From: Thalia democratica
Taxonomy: Eukaryota
Reading direction: 5' to 3'
NCBI GenBank assembly: GCA_965202585.1
Contig: OZ241832.1
Coordinates: 61,380,001 to 61,444,000, forward strand
DNA length: 64,000 nucleotides
How positions within the stretch are numbered: the stretch's first letter is position 1; the number at the start of each line of letters is the position of its first letter. The notes beneath the pieces were generated by a model. The model ran no database searches. It saw only the letters and a program-made list of their open reading frames with translations, and was not told the DNA's origin. This document shows positions 1 through 13,400 of this stretch, one piece after another. A program made the position numbers and the translations under genes.

Positions 1-1161
1 TGAAACAGATTTGTTTTAATACAATTTTAAATGTTTGTGATTTTTTATAAAATATTATCAAGAGTTGTTAGTTGTTTAAAGACATATTTTTTAATGCTTT
101 GTCGAGCTTCTTGCTGTAAATAACAAACACTAATTATTGTTTATATTTTGTGTTCGTTGTTTTTCTTTTGTTTATCCGCCTGATTTTGTTATATATATAT
201 ATTTATGTTAATTAATTTTAAGTATTAAGGTAAAGTAACTTCATGAGTAATTAAAGTAAATTTATAGTAAATTTTTATCATAAATTTTTAAAAGTTAAAA
301 AATTGATACAATGCTGTAATATTAGTAATTGTGGTCACGAGAACAAAATAAAATTATTTGCCATTTACCTATTTAAAAAGCACTCCCAAAACCAAAAGCT
401 AAAATGACTAAAACTTGCTTTACAGTATATTGTAAGAAAAATTTTAAATTTATACGTATAAAATGTTCTGTCGTTTCGCGAATCTTAAATTTATTTCTAT
501 TCAACTTATATATTTTTTTACTTGTATTGCTTTGAAAATTTCTACTTTCAACCCCTACCCTGTATCTTTTACCCAAGTGACTCAAACATTCAGTATTTCT
601 TTGGTTTTTTTACCTGCGTCTGTGTTTTTTAAGCCCGAATGACAAATTAACCCAGTGTCATTTTTTGTTAGTATTGTGAAGTAGCTTATACTTCTCATAA
701 CAGGTTCTTATGTAACTTGTGCTCTCCATCTTATCACAAGTGTTTTAGTCTTTGGAAAGTTTTCAGTTGTCCAAGCAAATTTTACTTTAAATTAATTTAA
801 ACAAGAGCGATGTATTGTAAATAATTAGGTATGGCATAAGTTAGTGTTGTTACAGCAAATAAGGCATATAATCAATGTTGGAACATTTGTGCTTCTTTAT
901 ATCAATCAAGTTTTTTGAAAAAATAGTTAATGTTTATTGGTTTGAGGACCTTATAAGTGAGAAATAACTAAAAATATATCATATATATGTTTTATACACA
1001 AAATGTAATATTTTAAGCTGTTATGTATAAAGAACTGTGTTCACTTATTTTAATGGTGTTTTCAACTGGCAGAAAGCTAGTTTTAATAGGAGTAGGAAGC
1101 TTACTTTAATAAATAGACCAATCTGACTTTCCCGAGCCAGATTTAAAAAAAATCGGTTAAT

Positions 1162-1443
1162 TAGGGTGACCACTAAACCTGTAACTTGACAATTTAGGGT
1201 GAAAATCATTGGAGTTTTCACATGTAAAGTGTTTAGTAGTAAAATTTTTTTATATTACAAAAAACATTTCCTATAAATAAAAAGAAAATTATTTAAACTA
1301 CTTTTGAAGTAACTTCACAGTATCTTATCAATGTTGTTTATTTAAGAGTTTATAACTTAAACTTAACTATCAATTGAAAATAGACCTAAAAACATGTATT
1401 TAAAAAAAACCTGGAGTAAACTTATTACCAGTGGCCACCCATA
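1162..1443. mobile_element. Possible degenerate hAT-like MITE
   Basis: TAGGGTGACCAC ... GTGGCCACCCATA imperfect inverted ends. No TSD was seen. Confidence 0.35.
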
Positions 1444-4400
1444 TCAATGTTAAAAGGCATCTATGTTACCTTGATTTGTAAAATTTTAATAGTGATTAAA
1501 ATAATCATTTGTACTCACTACATACAATTTACTAAAAGTTAAACAACAGCAAAGTTTATAAAAATATAGTTATTTTACCTGCAAAAAAAATTAGATAAAA
1601 CGTTTGCTGCTGATCTAAAAAGCGGGAAAAATAATACAAAGATTAGAAGGGCTATTTATTTAAATTTAGCCAAGGTCGGCAGTTCCTAGTAGTGACGTAA
1701 TTGTAGTTTTTATAAAACTATTTCTCTCATTAATCCAATCACACACATAGGCTTACGGAATGATGTTTTACTGAAAAGAAAACAAGTTATGATGTACAAA
1801 AAATGTTGTAATCAACATACTTATGCTTGTACTATATAGTAGTTAACAATATAGTAGTAACAAGTTATAGTTGTATTGCCGTATTGCAACCGCCTTCGAT
1901 ATCATTTTATTTAAATTATATTAATAACAATGATATATTCGATGTCTGGTGAAAATTTATATTAACTTCTTCGTCAAATTAAACGTTTTATACGAGATTT
2001 TTCCTAAAATTCATTAAATATACATGCACCAATTTAACCTTATACAAGCAATAAAAAATCCTAAGTAAATACTGAACATTAAGTAAAGATCCTAAATTTT
2101 TACCACACAAACTTTTTTTTATTGTTTTGAGAAGTATGCTTTACATATTTCGTTGAAAAATAGAATGCAATTAGCCAATCTCTGTTTTAGATTAATATAT
2201 CACAAAGTTATTTTTGCACTTTTGAAAAAAAGCAACTCAAAATAAATTCCATTGTTTGGAAATGATTAAAACTTTAGACTAGATTTAATGCAATGTAAAA
2301 AACTCCCTTTAACTTTTTAGTAGTATAAATTTAACCCAATACTGTAACAACATGATTTTAGTTCAATTATTTAACTTATTCAAGATTGCTGTCTATGTTG
2401 GATTGATCTATGTTTCTTATTTAACGTAAAGCTTTGTTTCAAAACCCCTCTTGAATACTGCATATTGTTGAAGTTCTATCTGACTCAACTGTAAGATACA
2501 TATATCACAGTTAAGTAAAACAGCAACATAGAGTAAAGTTATAGATAAATTTTGCACTGTTAGTACAAATTAAAAGTTATTCACAACAGTCAGCTCAGAT
2601 AATTTGGCTAATTGATTTTTTTCAATCTGCTGTTTTAATGGCTAAAAAACATCTTTCACACAAAATTTCTATTGAAGTACTCTAGTTTGTTTGGATTTGT
2701 GAAAGCCTAGTTATACAATTATAAGTTCTATCATAATGATGTTTATGTAAGTTGAACTTGAAACAATAAGGAGATTAACAGGTAAAAATTTTAGAATATA
2801 GTATATTTTTGATAACTCTACCGACTCATAAAAACATTTTGTACCGATTAAATTGCAATTGAATTAAATAAGCTGTATACAAGTTCTGTTAAAGAAGTGA
2901 AGGATACTGTTTGTCTTTATGAAATTAAAGTTATTCTATGTAAAGTTACCGGCAAAACTAGTTAGATGTTAAATTTTTTGCAAATTTCATATTGTTTAAC
3001 TCGGCCGCCTTGGGATTAATTTGGAAGAAAATTTTTAAAACATTGTAATTTCCTTGTTAAAAAATAAGTATACCGTGACTAACGAGGTAATCGAAATATG
3101 TTAACCAACTTGAAATTTTTTAGTAAACCATGAGTTCAACAGCCTATTAAAGTTATAAAATCTACTCTATCATCATAATGATTACATAAATTTTAATTAT
3201 AGAATTATTTATAGTTTTTTTATGTATGATTGATATTAACAAACTAATATTTTGTATGTATAATAGTATAAAATTTTTTAGGTTCAATTAAATTATTTGT
3301 ATATATTTCGTAAATATCCTGTTCACAAGACTAGCAAACAGAATTAAGTACATTTAAAAAATTTACATCACTCTATAAAGATGTACTAATTATCATATAA
3401 TAGTTTAAATAAATTTACGAAAAGTTGTAAAAACCAGTTAATTTAAGTTAAAACTCCTAACTGCAGTTAGTTTTTTTTAAGATATACTTTATACATTTAG
3501 ATTAATATTGTAACAAAATCAAGCAAAAGCTATCAATGACACAATTGCTATTATTTATTAATGTATTGTTGTCAGTTTTTAACTTGTTTAGGAATAAATC
3601 CAAGTTTAAAGTTAAACACACAAACAGTTACAAACCTTTTTACATAAATTTTTGATGCATACTTAACTAAAATAATTTTTGTACGACTATAAGTTTATGG
3701 TAAATTTAAAAAGCTTCATTTCTATTAAATTAGAATTTTAAAACTGTAAAAATTTACAATAAAAGAAACGTTATGAAACCATACAAAAAGTTATAAAATC
3801 TGAGTTGGAAAATATCTAAAAAAGAAACCAGCAAACACTAGCTTCATTTTTTGTTTTATAAATTTATTCTATTAGTCGTTTTTCTATGTATTTTTCTATG
3901 TAATATTTTCGTATTTTCATGTGAATTGATATTTGCAGGCTCAGATATTTTGTAAAACCTTTATAAAATATTATAATGACTAACCCACTGCTAGTAATAC
4001 TTTTTATAGTAACTAAATTAAAATAGTATAGATTATTTTTTTAACTACTATTTCAGTCCTATAACGTGATTGTCTAATTAAAATTATGTTTTAATACATA
4101 TCTGTTTTATAAATTAAACTGTTCAATGTTTATTAACAGCTTAAAATTTCATTTTAAAACTTTAGCGTCAACATAAAACGTTTAGTTCTTTTTTTAATTA
4201 GCTTTAACATACAAGAAATTTCACGCTGTTTAATATATATAAGTGTTTTTAGAAGTAAAACTAATCGTTTTCATTCTAATTTATGTAACGTTTGAATATA
4301 GTATTGTATTTTAAATGCATGTAAATAAAATTAGAAAACTTTACTAGTATCTTTGTTCACAGTTAATTAGAAAATTTTACTTCTAAGTACTTTATTGACG

Positions 4401-7400
4401 CATTATTTTTTGAAATCAAACACAGTAATTCTTTCACAAGTAAATATTTACTTCTAAACTTAGTATAACGGTTTAATTTTAAAAAATGATTGTTATCAAT
4501 TTTATCATTCTTATTGTAATCATTAAACTTATATTGCTACCTAGTTCAAAAAGTATGCTATTGATTCTTTCTTGTGCAATGGACAGCAGTATATACAACT
4601 AAAGGTTTTTGTGATTCATTTTACTGTACCAATTAGAGTATTATCCTTCACAACAACTTATTTAAACAAAGACCTTGTAATTTAGTTTTAAACTCTTTCT
4701 TTAGTAATGTATCGAAATTAATTTACTAACAACAACATAGCTTCACTTTAATTATTCCTGAAAAATACAAGGAATGTAGAACTGAAGTAGATTAATTACA
4801 TGAGAATTTATTTTTAAATACTGATTTGTTTTCGAAAAACTCGATTTACTTATAATTGTCTTTTAGTGACGTAACAAACAAATTATCACCTTGTTTGTTA
4901 ATATATATATAAATGTAATTTTCACTATCGTTATAAGGTGTTTTAGTAAGTTCCTTTAATGAACTTGCTTGAGCACCAACACTGAAACAATTTTTATATA
5001 GGCAGTACATTCTGTATCATAATTTGCATTATATACTAAACCATTCAATATAGTTAAGTGAACAGTGGTTTTAGTACTGTTGGGTACCTTTCTGTGGGGA
5101 TGATTTCGTGTTGGTGCCTTCGGCACCCACTCCGCCCTAAGTGTTTCAATTTGATTTATATTTTGTTTGTAGGCTAGCGTTTGTGATAGTGTCATTAAAG
5201 TATGCTTTTACTCATCACACTGTTAATGATTTTTTTAGAGTCGATTAAGTTAAGGACAAAAACTTGTTAGGCATGTAAGAAAACGAGTTTTTACACTTAA
5301 CCGTTTTCTTAGACTTGTTGTTCAGATTAGTTCTTCAATTATATATAAATTTTTTCTGTATGCTAACGTTTGTGAGCAACGTTAGAATACAGTAAGCATT
5401 TTTAAGCTTGTATAATATAATTATTAACAATTATTATAAATTTTTGGTAATTCCTACTTGGTTTTAACTTTTTAATTGATTTTTAATTACATTTTGTATA
5501 TTAGATATATCACTTGTTTCTGTCATAGCAAAACATTTTTGTTCACAAGTCATATAGTATCAAATTTAGAAATTAATAAATTATTTTGTATTAAAGTTTT
5601 TTATAACTTAAGTATTTTATAGCTTGTCATAAAATATTAAAACAAAAAAGCTTTTGAGATTTAAAGAAGATTAATTTTCCATCTTTCTTTTTTTATTAAT
5701 ACTTTTATTTGTAAGCACAATAAAATAATAAATGTGATTACTATTTACAAAAAGCGATCAGATAAAGCAACATAGTTAATTGTTTAGCAATTTAAAATGT
5801 GTTATAAATATATTAAACTAAACTATTGAAACTAAAAAATAATAATAAATTAATTAAAATTTTGGTGTTGTTCGTTTTTTAAATATAACTAAGCTAAACT
5901 TATTTACTATTTTCTCGTATGCTAAGTTTTATTTTTAATCACCGTGTCATTAATGGTTTTATTTGAGTTAAGGAAACTAAAGATAAATAAATAACTATAT
6001 AAATATATATATAAAAAGGTTTATTTAAAGATGCAAAACTCAAAGAACTCGAGTTTCGTGATTACTCACTCATCAGCTTCAAAACAAGTTTATGTTATTT
6101 TAGTTTAAGTTATTTTAGTTTAAACGTCTTTTAAGTAGTTTATTGTTTAAAGACATTTTTGAAAACTAACTTCTTCAATAAAAATATTTTAAGTTTAATA
6201 TGAGCACAGTCATATACAATTAGTATGTAGAATCATGATTTTTTTGTTTTTCTATCAAGGTTTGTTTTAAAAATATGTTAGATAATTAAAGTAATTTCCA
6301 CATTATAAACATATAAATGATTATGTTCTACTAAAGCCTAACCCCCTAATTACAATACTAAATTCGTAGAGTCTTACTAATAACAAAATTAATTTAATTA
6401 TTGATAAGAAAATATTTTTTTATTTACTAAAGAAATTTTAAAGTGTTATGCTTATTAATAACTGTTTTAATATTTTTTAAGTTAAAATACACCAAAGCTG
6501 TTAAATTAAAGCAAGCTAGATTTTTATAAGTTGAAAATAAATAAATTTAAGTTTTTAGATATGAATAATCATATATGACTTATAATATAAAAAAGAGTAG
6601 GTAATCTGTAATAAATCAAGCAAAATTTTTCTGACCCATAACGCGCTTTTTAGCTGAAAATAAGTTAATGAATAAGTAAACCTTTTTATAAATAAAGTTT
6701 ACAGACATGCGTTTTTCAAAGATATATAACAGATACGTACCAACTGAAAATTTACTTTACTTTATTAAAAAAAAGTTGGTAAACATGATGTTAAAAGCAA
6801 CACACCTAAAGAAAAGAGCTTTTATTAGATTTTACCTACTATTAGTGATAAACTCGTACCTTACCTCTCTAAATTTATCAAATCGTAAAGGTCATTTAAA
6901 TTTAAGTAATTTATGTTTAAATTAAACTAGTTACCAATTTTATCAAATTTCTCTAGTAAAACAATCTTCATTTATTTTCTATTCAAGGCAAAAACAACTA
7001 ATAAATAATATTAATAAAGCAATCTTGTAAATTAATTTTTTTTTTGCCCGCTAAATGTAAACTACATTTAGCTTCAGAATACCAGCTCTTTAAACATTCA
7101 AAGCTGTTATTTTAAAAGTCCCAACAAACTTGTTAATATCATGATTCAGAGATTATAGTGTCTAAAATTTAGCAAGGTTGCTTATTGCAACTTTTTAGTG
7201 TGAACTTATAAATTGAAGCATCTCACACCATAGCCGTTTGATAACATCAGTTGTAAATTTACCTTAAAGTTAAATCGTAAATAAGCTTCCAGGATTAGTT
7301 GCTTTTAAAACTAGATTTTAAGATACAAAATTATAAAAACCACAAAATTTTATCTAAATAACAAATGCAAAAGTTGAATAGTTTATAAATTATTTACCAC

Positions 7401-9186
7401 TTTAAACATGGTTACTAAAACTTCAAAGTTATCATACCTTGATTTAAGTAGGGCTGGAAATGATTTTAAACCGGAATCAAACTTATCAATAAACGTTCAA
7501 AAATTACTTCTTAATAAACTTTACTTATAAAAATGTTGGGAGCAGTTACTTGAGTAATGCTAATCTATACGTACACATTCTTATTGACCCAAAATTAATT
7601 AGCTAAATGTTTAAACGTATTTAATTTTCAATAAAAATCAAGTCAATACCGCAAATCAGAAATTTAGCACTGTCAAGTCAATATTCACAAAAAAAATTCT
7701 TCATACACAAGACTTTAAAATAAAAAACTTTAAAAAAAGATAATATATTGTAGAAAAGTAAAATGTAAGTGTAAATTAACTTCATGTGTTTATATAGAAT
7801 ATCACTTTATTTATATATTTGCTAACTGTTGTATATTAATTAATATTTAATTTGATTGTACAAACTTGGTGATTTAATTTAAACAAATATCTATGTAATA
7901 CTTTTTTTCTCAAGCTTTAGACGATGTTTAGACTTCAATAAGAAATATTGAAAGTTAATGGTTATTTAACCTAAAATTAAAGTAGAATAACTTAACTATA
8001 AGCTCTTAATATCTATTGATATAAGACAATAAAGAGATTTTTATTATTTTCGTATTTAAAAATATACTTTTTATTATAAGTTTGATTGTTGAAAAACATT
8101 AGAGATCTCTGTTTAGTAAAAGAGAAACAATATTTTTTTTTGTTCATTTATAATTATATATTCTCCTTTGACTACGTATATACCTCTAAATATTTTACCA
8201 CTTAAACTTATAGTACATTGGCTTTCGTAAAAGTAGTAGTATATCATAAAAGAGGAACACATAATACTTTTTATTCTTATTCTAATATTTGTTCTCTTTT
8301 GACAAAGTTGATACCTTCAAGTATTTTTCCACTAACTAAAAACTGTATACTGGTTTTTTATATAAACTAATTATTTCATTTATAATTATCTAAACAAAAC
8401 AACATAACTACAAGAAATTACACTTATTGAGTACTTGACAGTTTACAAATTTTGCTGAAGTAGTATTTTTGAAAAAAAAATGTATTTAGTTCGAAAAACT
8501 AAACTAAATACAACTGTAAATTCAAAATATTTTAAGCAAAAGTGAAATTCAAAGTTTTCAATAAGGGAAAATAGTTTTCCTAAATTAAACAAAAAAAGTT
8601 TTTATTAAAGCTGTTTCAATATTTTGTTAAGAAATTAGTTTTAAAAACAATATTTATTGTTAAGTTTTGTTTTCTTTTGATGAGAATTGTTTTTTTTTTT
8701 TTTTGAAAACTTCAAGACTTTATAATGTATGTTAAACGAATTAGAATCATTTAACTACAAAAAATGATTAAAATTATTTTACTATTTACAAACTTATGTA
8801 AAATATAAGGTTACAAAATTCAAACAAATTAGGAATTTCAAGTATAAACTCAAATAATTTTATGCAGAAAAATTCAAATTTTTTGAAAATAGAAAAAATA
8901 GTTTGCCTAAAGTAATCAGTAAGAAAGTATTTGAAAAAGCATTTAAAAATAAACTATTATTCTTAAGTTGAGAAAACAGCTATTACTAGCTTTAAAATGT
9001 TTTATTTTATAAATTATGCTAACAAAACTTATAGAACTTGCAAAAAATTGTAAATTCAATCTTAACAAAAATAGCATATTATAAGAAAATTTACAAAATC
9101 ACCCCAATAAAAATATATTGTGATCTTCAAATCTCAAGGCAATATATAAACCAAAAAAATTTAAAAACATTTATATACCAGAGAAA

Positions 9187-10445
9187 TCCTAAAGTTATTA
9201 ACAAATATATTTTAATGAGAATGTATGGAGAAATTAATACGCTTTGTTTTATACTTATATTTAAAAAAATTTTTTTAATGTTAAGAACCAAGTTTTAGAA
9301 TTTTTAAGGCGTCTAGAAGTATTATGTTCCACACAAATTAAGAGTTTGCACAAAAAACCTAGCTATAAAAAACATAATGAAATGGCTGAAATAAAACTAT
9401 AAACCTCTAGTTGAACAGCACCAAGTTTCAAGTTAACAGAAAAAACATTTTATGCCACCTAACTAGAATTAAACAAAGTTATTTTTTTAACATTTACCAC
9501 CATGTCCTAAAAAACTAAATGTTATTTTTACCAACAACAGCCAAATTAAATTTTTCAACTAGTTTTAATATTCTGTTCTAAGATCGCCAAGGCAAAAAGT
9601 TGCAAAAGGCTAGAAACTAAATTGATACAATTTATGTTAACCTTAATACAATTGAACTTTATCAACGAAATTTAATCATTTCAACAAAATTCTCCTCCAA
9701 GTAAGCCAAGGAGAAAACCACTGCAACCAAACACAGAATTTGAATTTTTATCAACAAAATTCTCCCAATATATTCTTCATGTCTTCATCCAGACTGTCTT
9801 CACTAGACTGTTTAAATCTTAAAGTTATAAACAAATATATTTAAATGAGAATGTGTGGAGAAATTAATACGCTTTGTTTTATACTAACAAATAAAAAAAA
9901 AACTTTTAAATGTTAAAGGATTAAGTTTTAGAATTTTTAAGGCGTTTAGAAGTAATATGTTCTACACAAATTAAGAGTTTGCACAAAAACCTAGCTATAA
10001 AAAAATATAATAAAATGGCTGGAAAATTATAAACCTCTAGTTGAACAGCACCAAGTTTAAATTTAACAGAAAAAATATTTTATGTCACCTACCTAGAAGT
10101 AAACAAAATTATTTAATAATATTTACCACCATGACCTAAAAAAGCAAATGTAATTTTACCAACATCAGCCAAAATAAAATTCTTAACTAGTTGAAATATT
10201 CTGTTCTAAGATCGCCAAGGCAAAAAGTTGCAAAAGGCTAGAAACTAAATTAAATTAATACAATTGAACTTTAACCTTAATACAATTTTATTTAACTTTA
10301 TCAACGAAATTTAATCGTTTCAACAAAATTCTCCTTTAGATCAGCCAAGGAGAAACACACTGCAACCAAACACAGAATTTTTATTTTTTCAACAAAATTC
10401 TCCCAATATGTTCTTCATATCTTCATCCAGACTGTCTTCACCGCT
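9187..10445. repeat. Approximately 630-bp tandem duplication covering the FCP1 stop codon and 3' UTR
   Basis: 9187-9810 aligns colinearly with 9817-10445. For example, GGAGAAATTAATACGCTTTGTTTTATACT and CTAAGATCGCCAAGGCAAAAAGTTGCAAAAGGCTAGAAACTAAATT each occur twice. Confidence 0.92.
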
Positions 10446-13400
10446 CGATGATGAATCTTGATCAACCGACATGTTCGAACCTGAACTCGAAATTATTTTC
10501 TCATCACCGTAATCCTCCTGTTCCTCCTGATCCGACTCCTCGTTTTCGGGTTGGACACTCCTGATTTCAGGTCGCTTTTTGGGTTTTTTGGGGATTCCAG
10601 GCAAGCTCGACCCGCTCACCAAGCGCCTCTTGTGCTGGCTGCAATTAATTAAAGTTTTTTATTAAATGTTGAGATAGAAAAATTTTTAATTTTATTTCAT
10701 CTGGCTGCAAATTGTTTTTATACGATATAATTTACAATGCTTAACTATGAGATATAAATATAATTACAACAAAACTAACTAAGTTCTTCAATAAGTTATA
10801 TGGTTTGAATTAAAACTTTAAACTGTACTTTGAAACCAATAAGTATATTAAATTTTCTATCAATGTTAATCTAAATACTTATTATCTTTTTTACAATAAA
10901 CAAGCTTTCTAATCCATTTTTTCACTCTCCCTGTATATCAAATTTAAGTTAACAATCAAAAAATGGCCAACCCCGCAATTAAAATGACAAGCAACTAAGT
11001 TTATATGATAAAATGACAATAACCACCTGTCGAAACCAACTTTTTTACGCGCGTCGCTTAAACATTTACAAAACAAGTTTGTTTTTTTAATACTAGAAGC
11101 ACGTCACAAATATCTGCGCAAAACACTCTACAACATTCGCTTTTTAGATAAATTTATCGAGTGTTCACCACGACATAACAATGTAAAAATTGTTCAAATG
11201 TTTTTATTGATATTAGTTCAAAATTCCAGGTTATTCAGTGATTTTTGTTCAAAATTTCAAGTTTTTCAGTTATTTTTGTTCAAAATTCCAGGTTTTCTAG
11301 AGATTTTTATTCAAAATTTCAGGTTTTTTAGTGATTTTTGTCCAAAATTCTAGGTTTTTTAGTGGTTTTGGTTCGAAATTCAGGTTTTTAAATTATTTTT
11401 GTTTAAGTTTTAGAATTATTTTTGTTCAATATTCCAGGTTTTTCAGAGATTTTTGTTCAAAATTCCATGTTTTTTAGTGGTTTTGGTTCAAAAAAATTCA
11501 GGTTTTTAAATTATTTTTGTTCAAAATTCCAGGTTTTTCAGTGGTTTTTATTCAAAATTCCAGGATTTTCATTAATTTTTGTTCAAAATTCCAGGTTTTC
11601 TAGTGATTTTTGTTCAAAATTCCAGGTTTTCTAGAGATTTTTGTTCAAAATTTCAGGTTTTCTAGAGATTTTTATTCAAAATTCCAGGTTTTTGTCAAAA
11701 TTTCTCAAATTCCAGGTTTTTTGGCAAATCTGTTATACAAACCCTGATATTCACGAAAATAACCGACTCTCTTATGAATTTCTCCTTCCCGCCCCAAAAT
11801 ATTTACAAAACAACCGACTCTCTTATGAATTTCTCCTTCCCGCCCCAAAATATTTACAAAACAACCGACTCTCTTATGAATTTCTCCTTCCCGCCCAATA
11901 TGTTTACAAAACAACCAACTCTCTTATGAATTTCTCCTTCCCGCCCCAAATATTCACAAAACAACCAACTCTCTTATGAATTTCTCCTTCCCGCCCCAAA
12001 TATTCACAAAACAACCAACTCTCTTATGAATTTCTCCTTCCCGCCCCAAATATTCACAAAACAACCAACTCTCTTATGAATTTCTCCTTCCCGCCCCAAA
12101 TATTCACAAAACAACCAACTCTCTTATGAATTTCTCCTTCCCGCCCCAAATGTTTACAAAACAACCAACTCTCTTATGAATTTCTCCTTCCCACCCAATA
12201 TGTTTACAAAACAACCAACTCTCTTATGAATTTCTCCTTCCCACCCAATATGTTTACAAAACAACCAACTCTCTTATGAATTTCACCTTCCCACCCAATA
12301 TGTTTACAAAACAACCAACTCTCTTATGAATTTCTCCTTCCCGCCCAAAATATTTACAAAACAACCAACTCTCTTATAAATTTCTCCTTCCCACCCAATA
12401 TGTTTACAAAACAACCAACTCTCTTATGAATTTCACCTTCCCACCCAATATGTTTACAAAACAACCAACTCTCTTATGAATTTCTCCTTCCCACCCAAGA
12501 TGTTTACAAAACAACCGACTCTCTTATGAATTTCTCCTTCCCGCCCCAAATATTTACAAAACAACCAACTCTCTTATAAATTTCTCCTTCCCGCCCCAAA
12601 TATTTACAAAACAACCAACTCTCTTATGAATTTCTCCTTCCCGCCCCAAATATTTACAAAACAACCAACTCTCTTATGAATTTCTCCTTCCCACCCAATA
12701 TGTTTACAAAACAACCAACTCTCTTATGAATTTCACCTTCCCACCCAATATGTTTACAAAACAACCAACTCTCTTATGAATTTCTCCTTCCCGCCCCAAA
12801 TATTTACAAAACAACCAACTCTCTTATGAATTTCTCCTTCCCGCCCAAAATATTTACAAAACAACCAACTCTCTTATGAATTTCTCCTTCCCACCCAATA
12901 TGTTTACAAAACAACCAACTCTCTTATGAATTTCTCCTTCCCGCCCCAAATATTCACAAAACAACCAACTCTCTTATGAATTTCTCCTTCCCACCCAAGA
13001 TGTTTACAAAACAACCGACTCTCTTATGAATTTCTCCTTCCCGCCCCAAATATTTACAAAACAACCAACTCTCTTATAAATTTCTCCTTCCCGCCCCAAA
13101 TATTTACAAAACAACCAACTCTCTTATGAATTTCTCCTTCCCGCCCCAAATATTTACAAAACAACCAACTCTCTTATGAATTTCTCCTTCCCGCCCCAAA
13201 TGTTTACAAAACAACCAACTCTCTTATAAATTTCTCCTTCCCACCCAATATGTTTACAAAACAACCAACTCTCTTATGAATTTCTCCTTCCCACCCAAGA
13301 TGTTTACAAAACAACCGACTCTCTTATGAATTTCTCCTTCCCGCCCCAAATATTTACAAAACAACCAACTCTCTTATAAATTTCTCCTTCCCACCCAATA

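Noticed and set aside
5099-5140. GC hairpin GGTGCCTTCGGCACC followed by CTAA as a Helitron 3' end
   Set aside because: It is a single short hairpin with no matching 5' end or second copy in the window.
600-8340. Scattered short minus-strand frames with AG/GT ends (for example 2589-2642, 6857-6920, 8290-8335) suggesting another gene
   Set aside because: No recognisable domain or complete phase-consistent chain was found. Such 15-25 codon frames arise by chance, so RNA-seq is needed.
11422-11979. ORFs 11422-11634, 11641-11979 and 11705-11914 from the ORF track
   Set aside because: They are translations of tandem repeats with non-ATG starts and no independent coding evidence.
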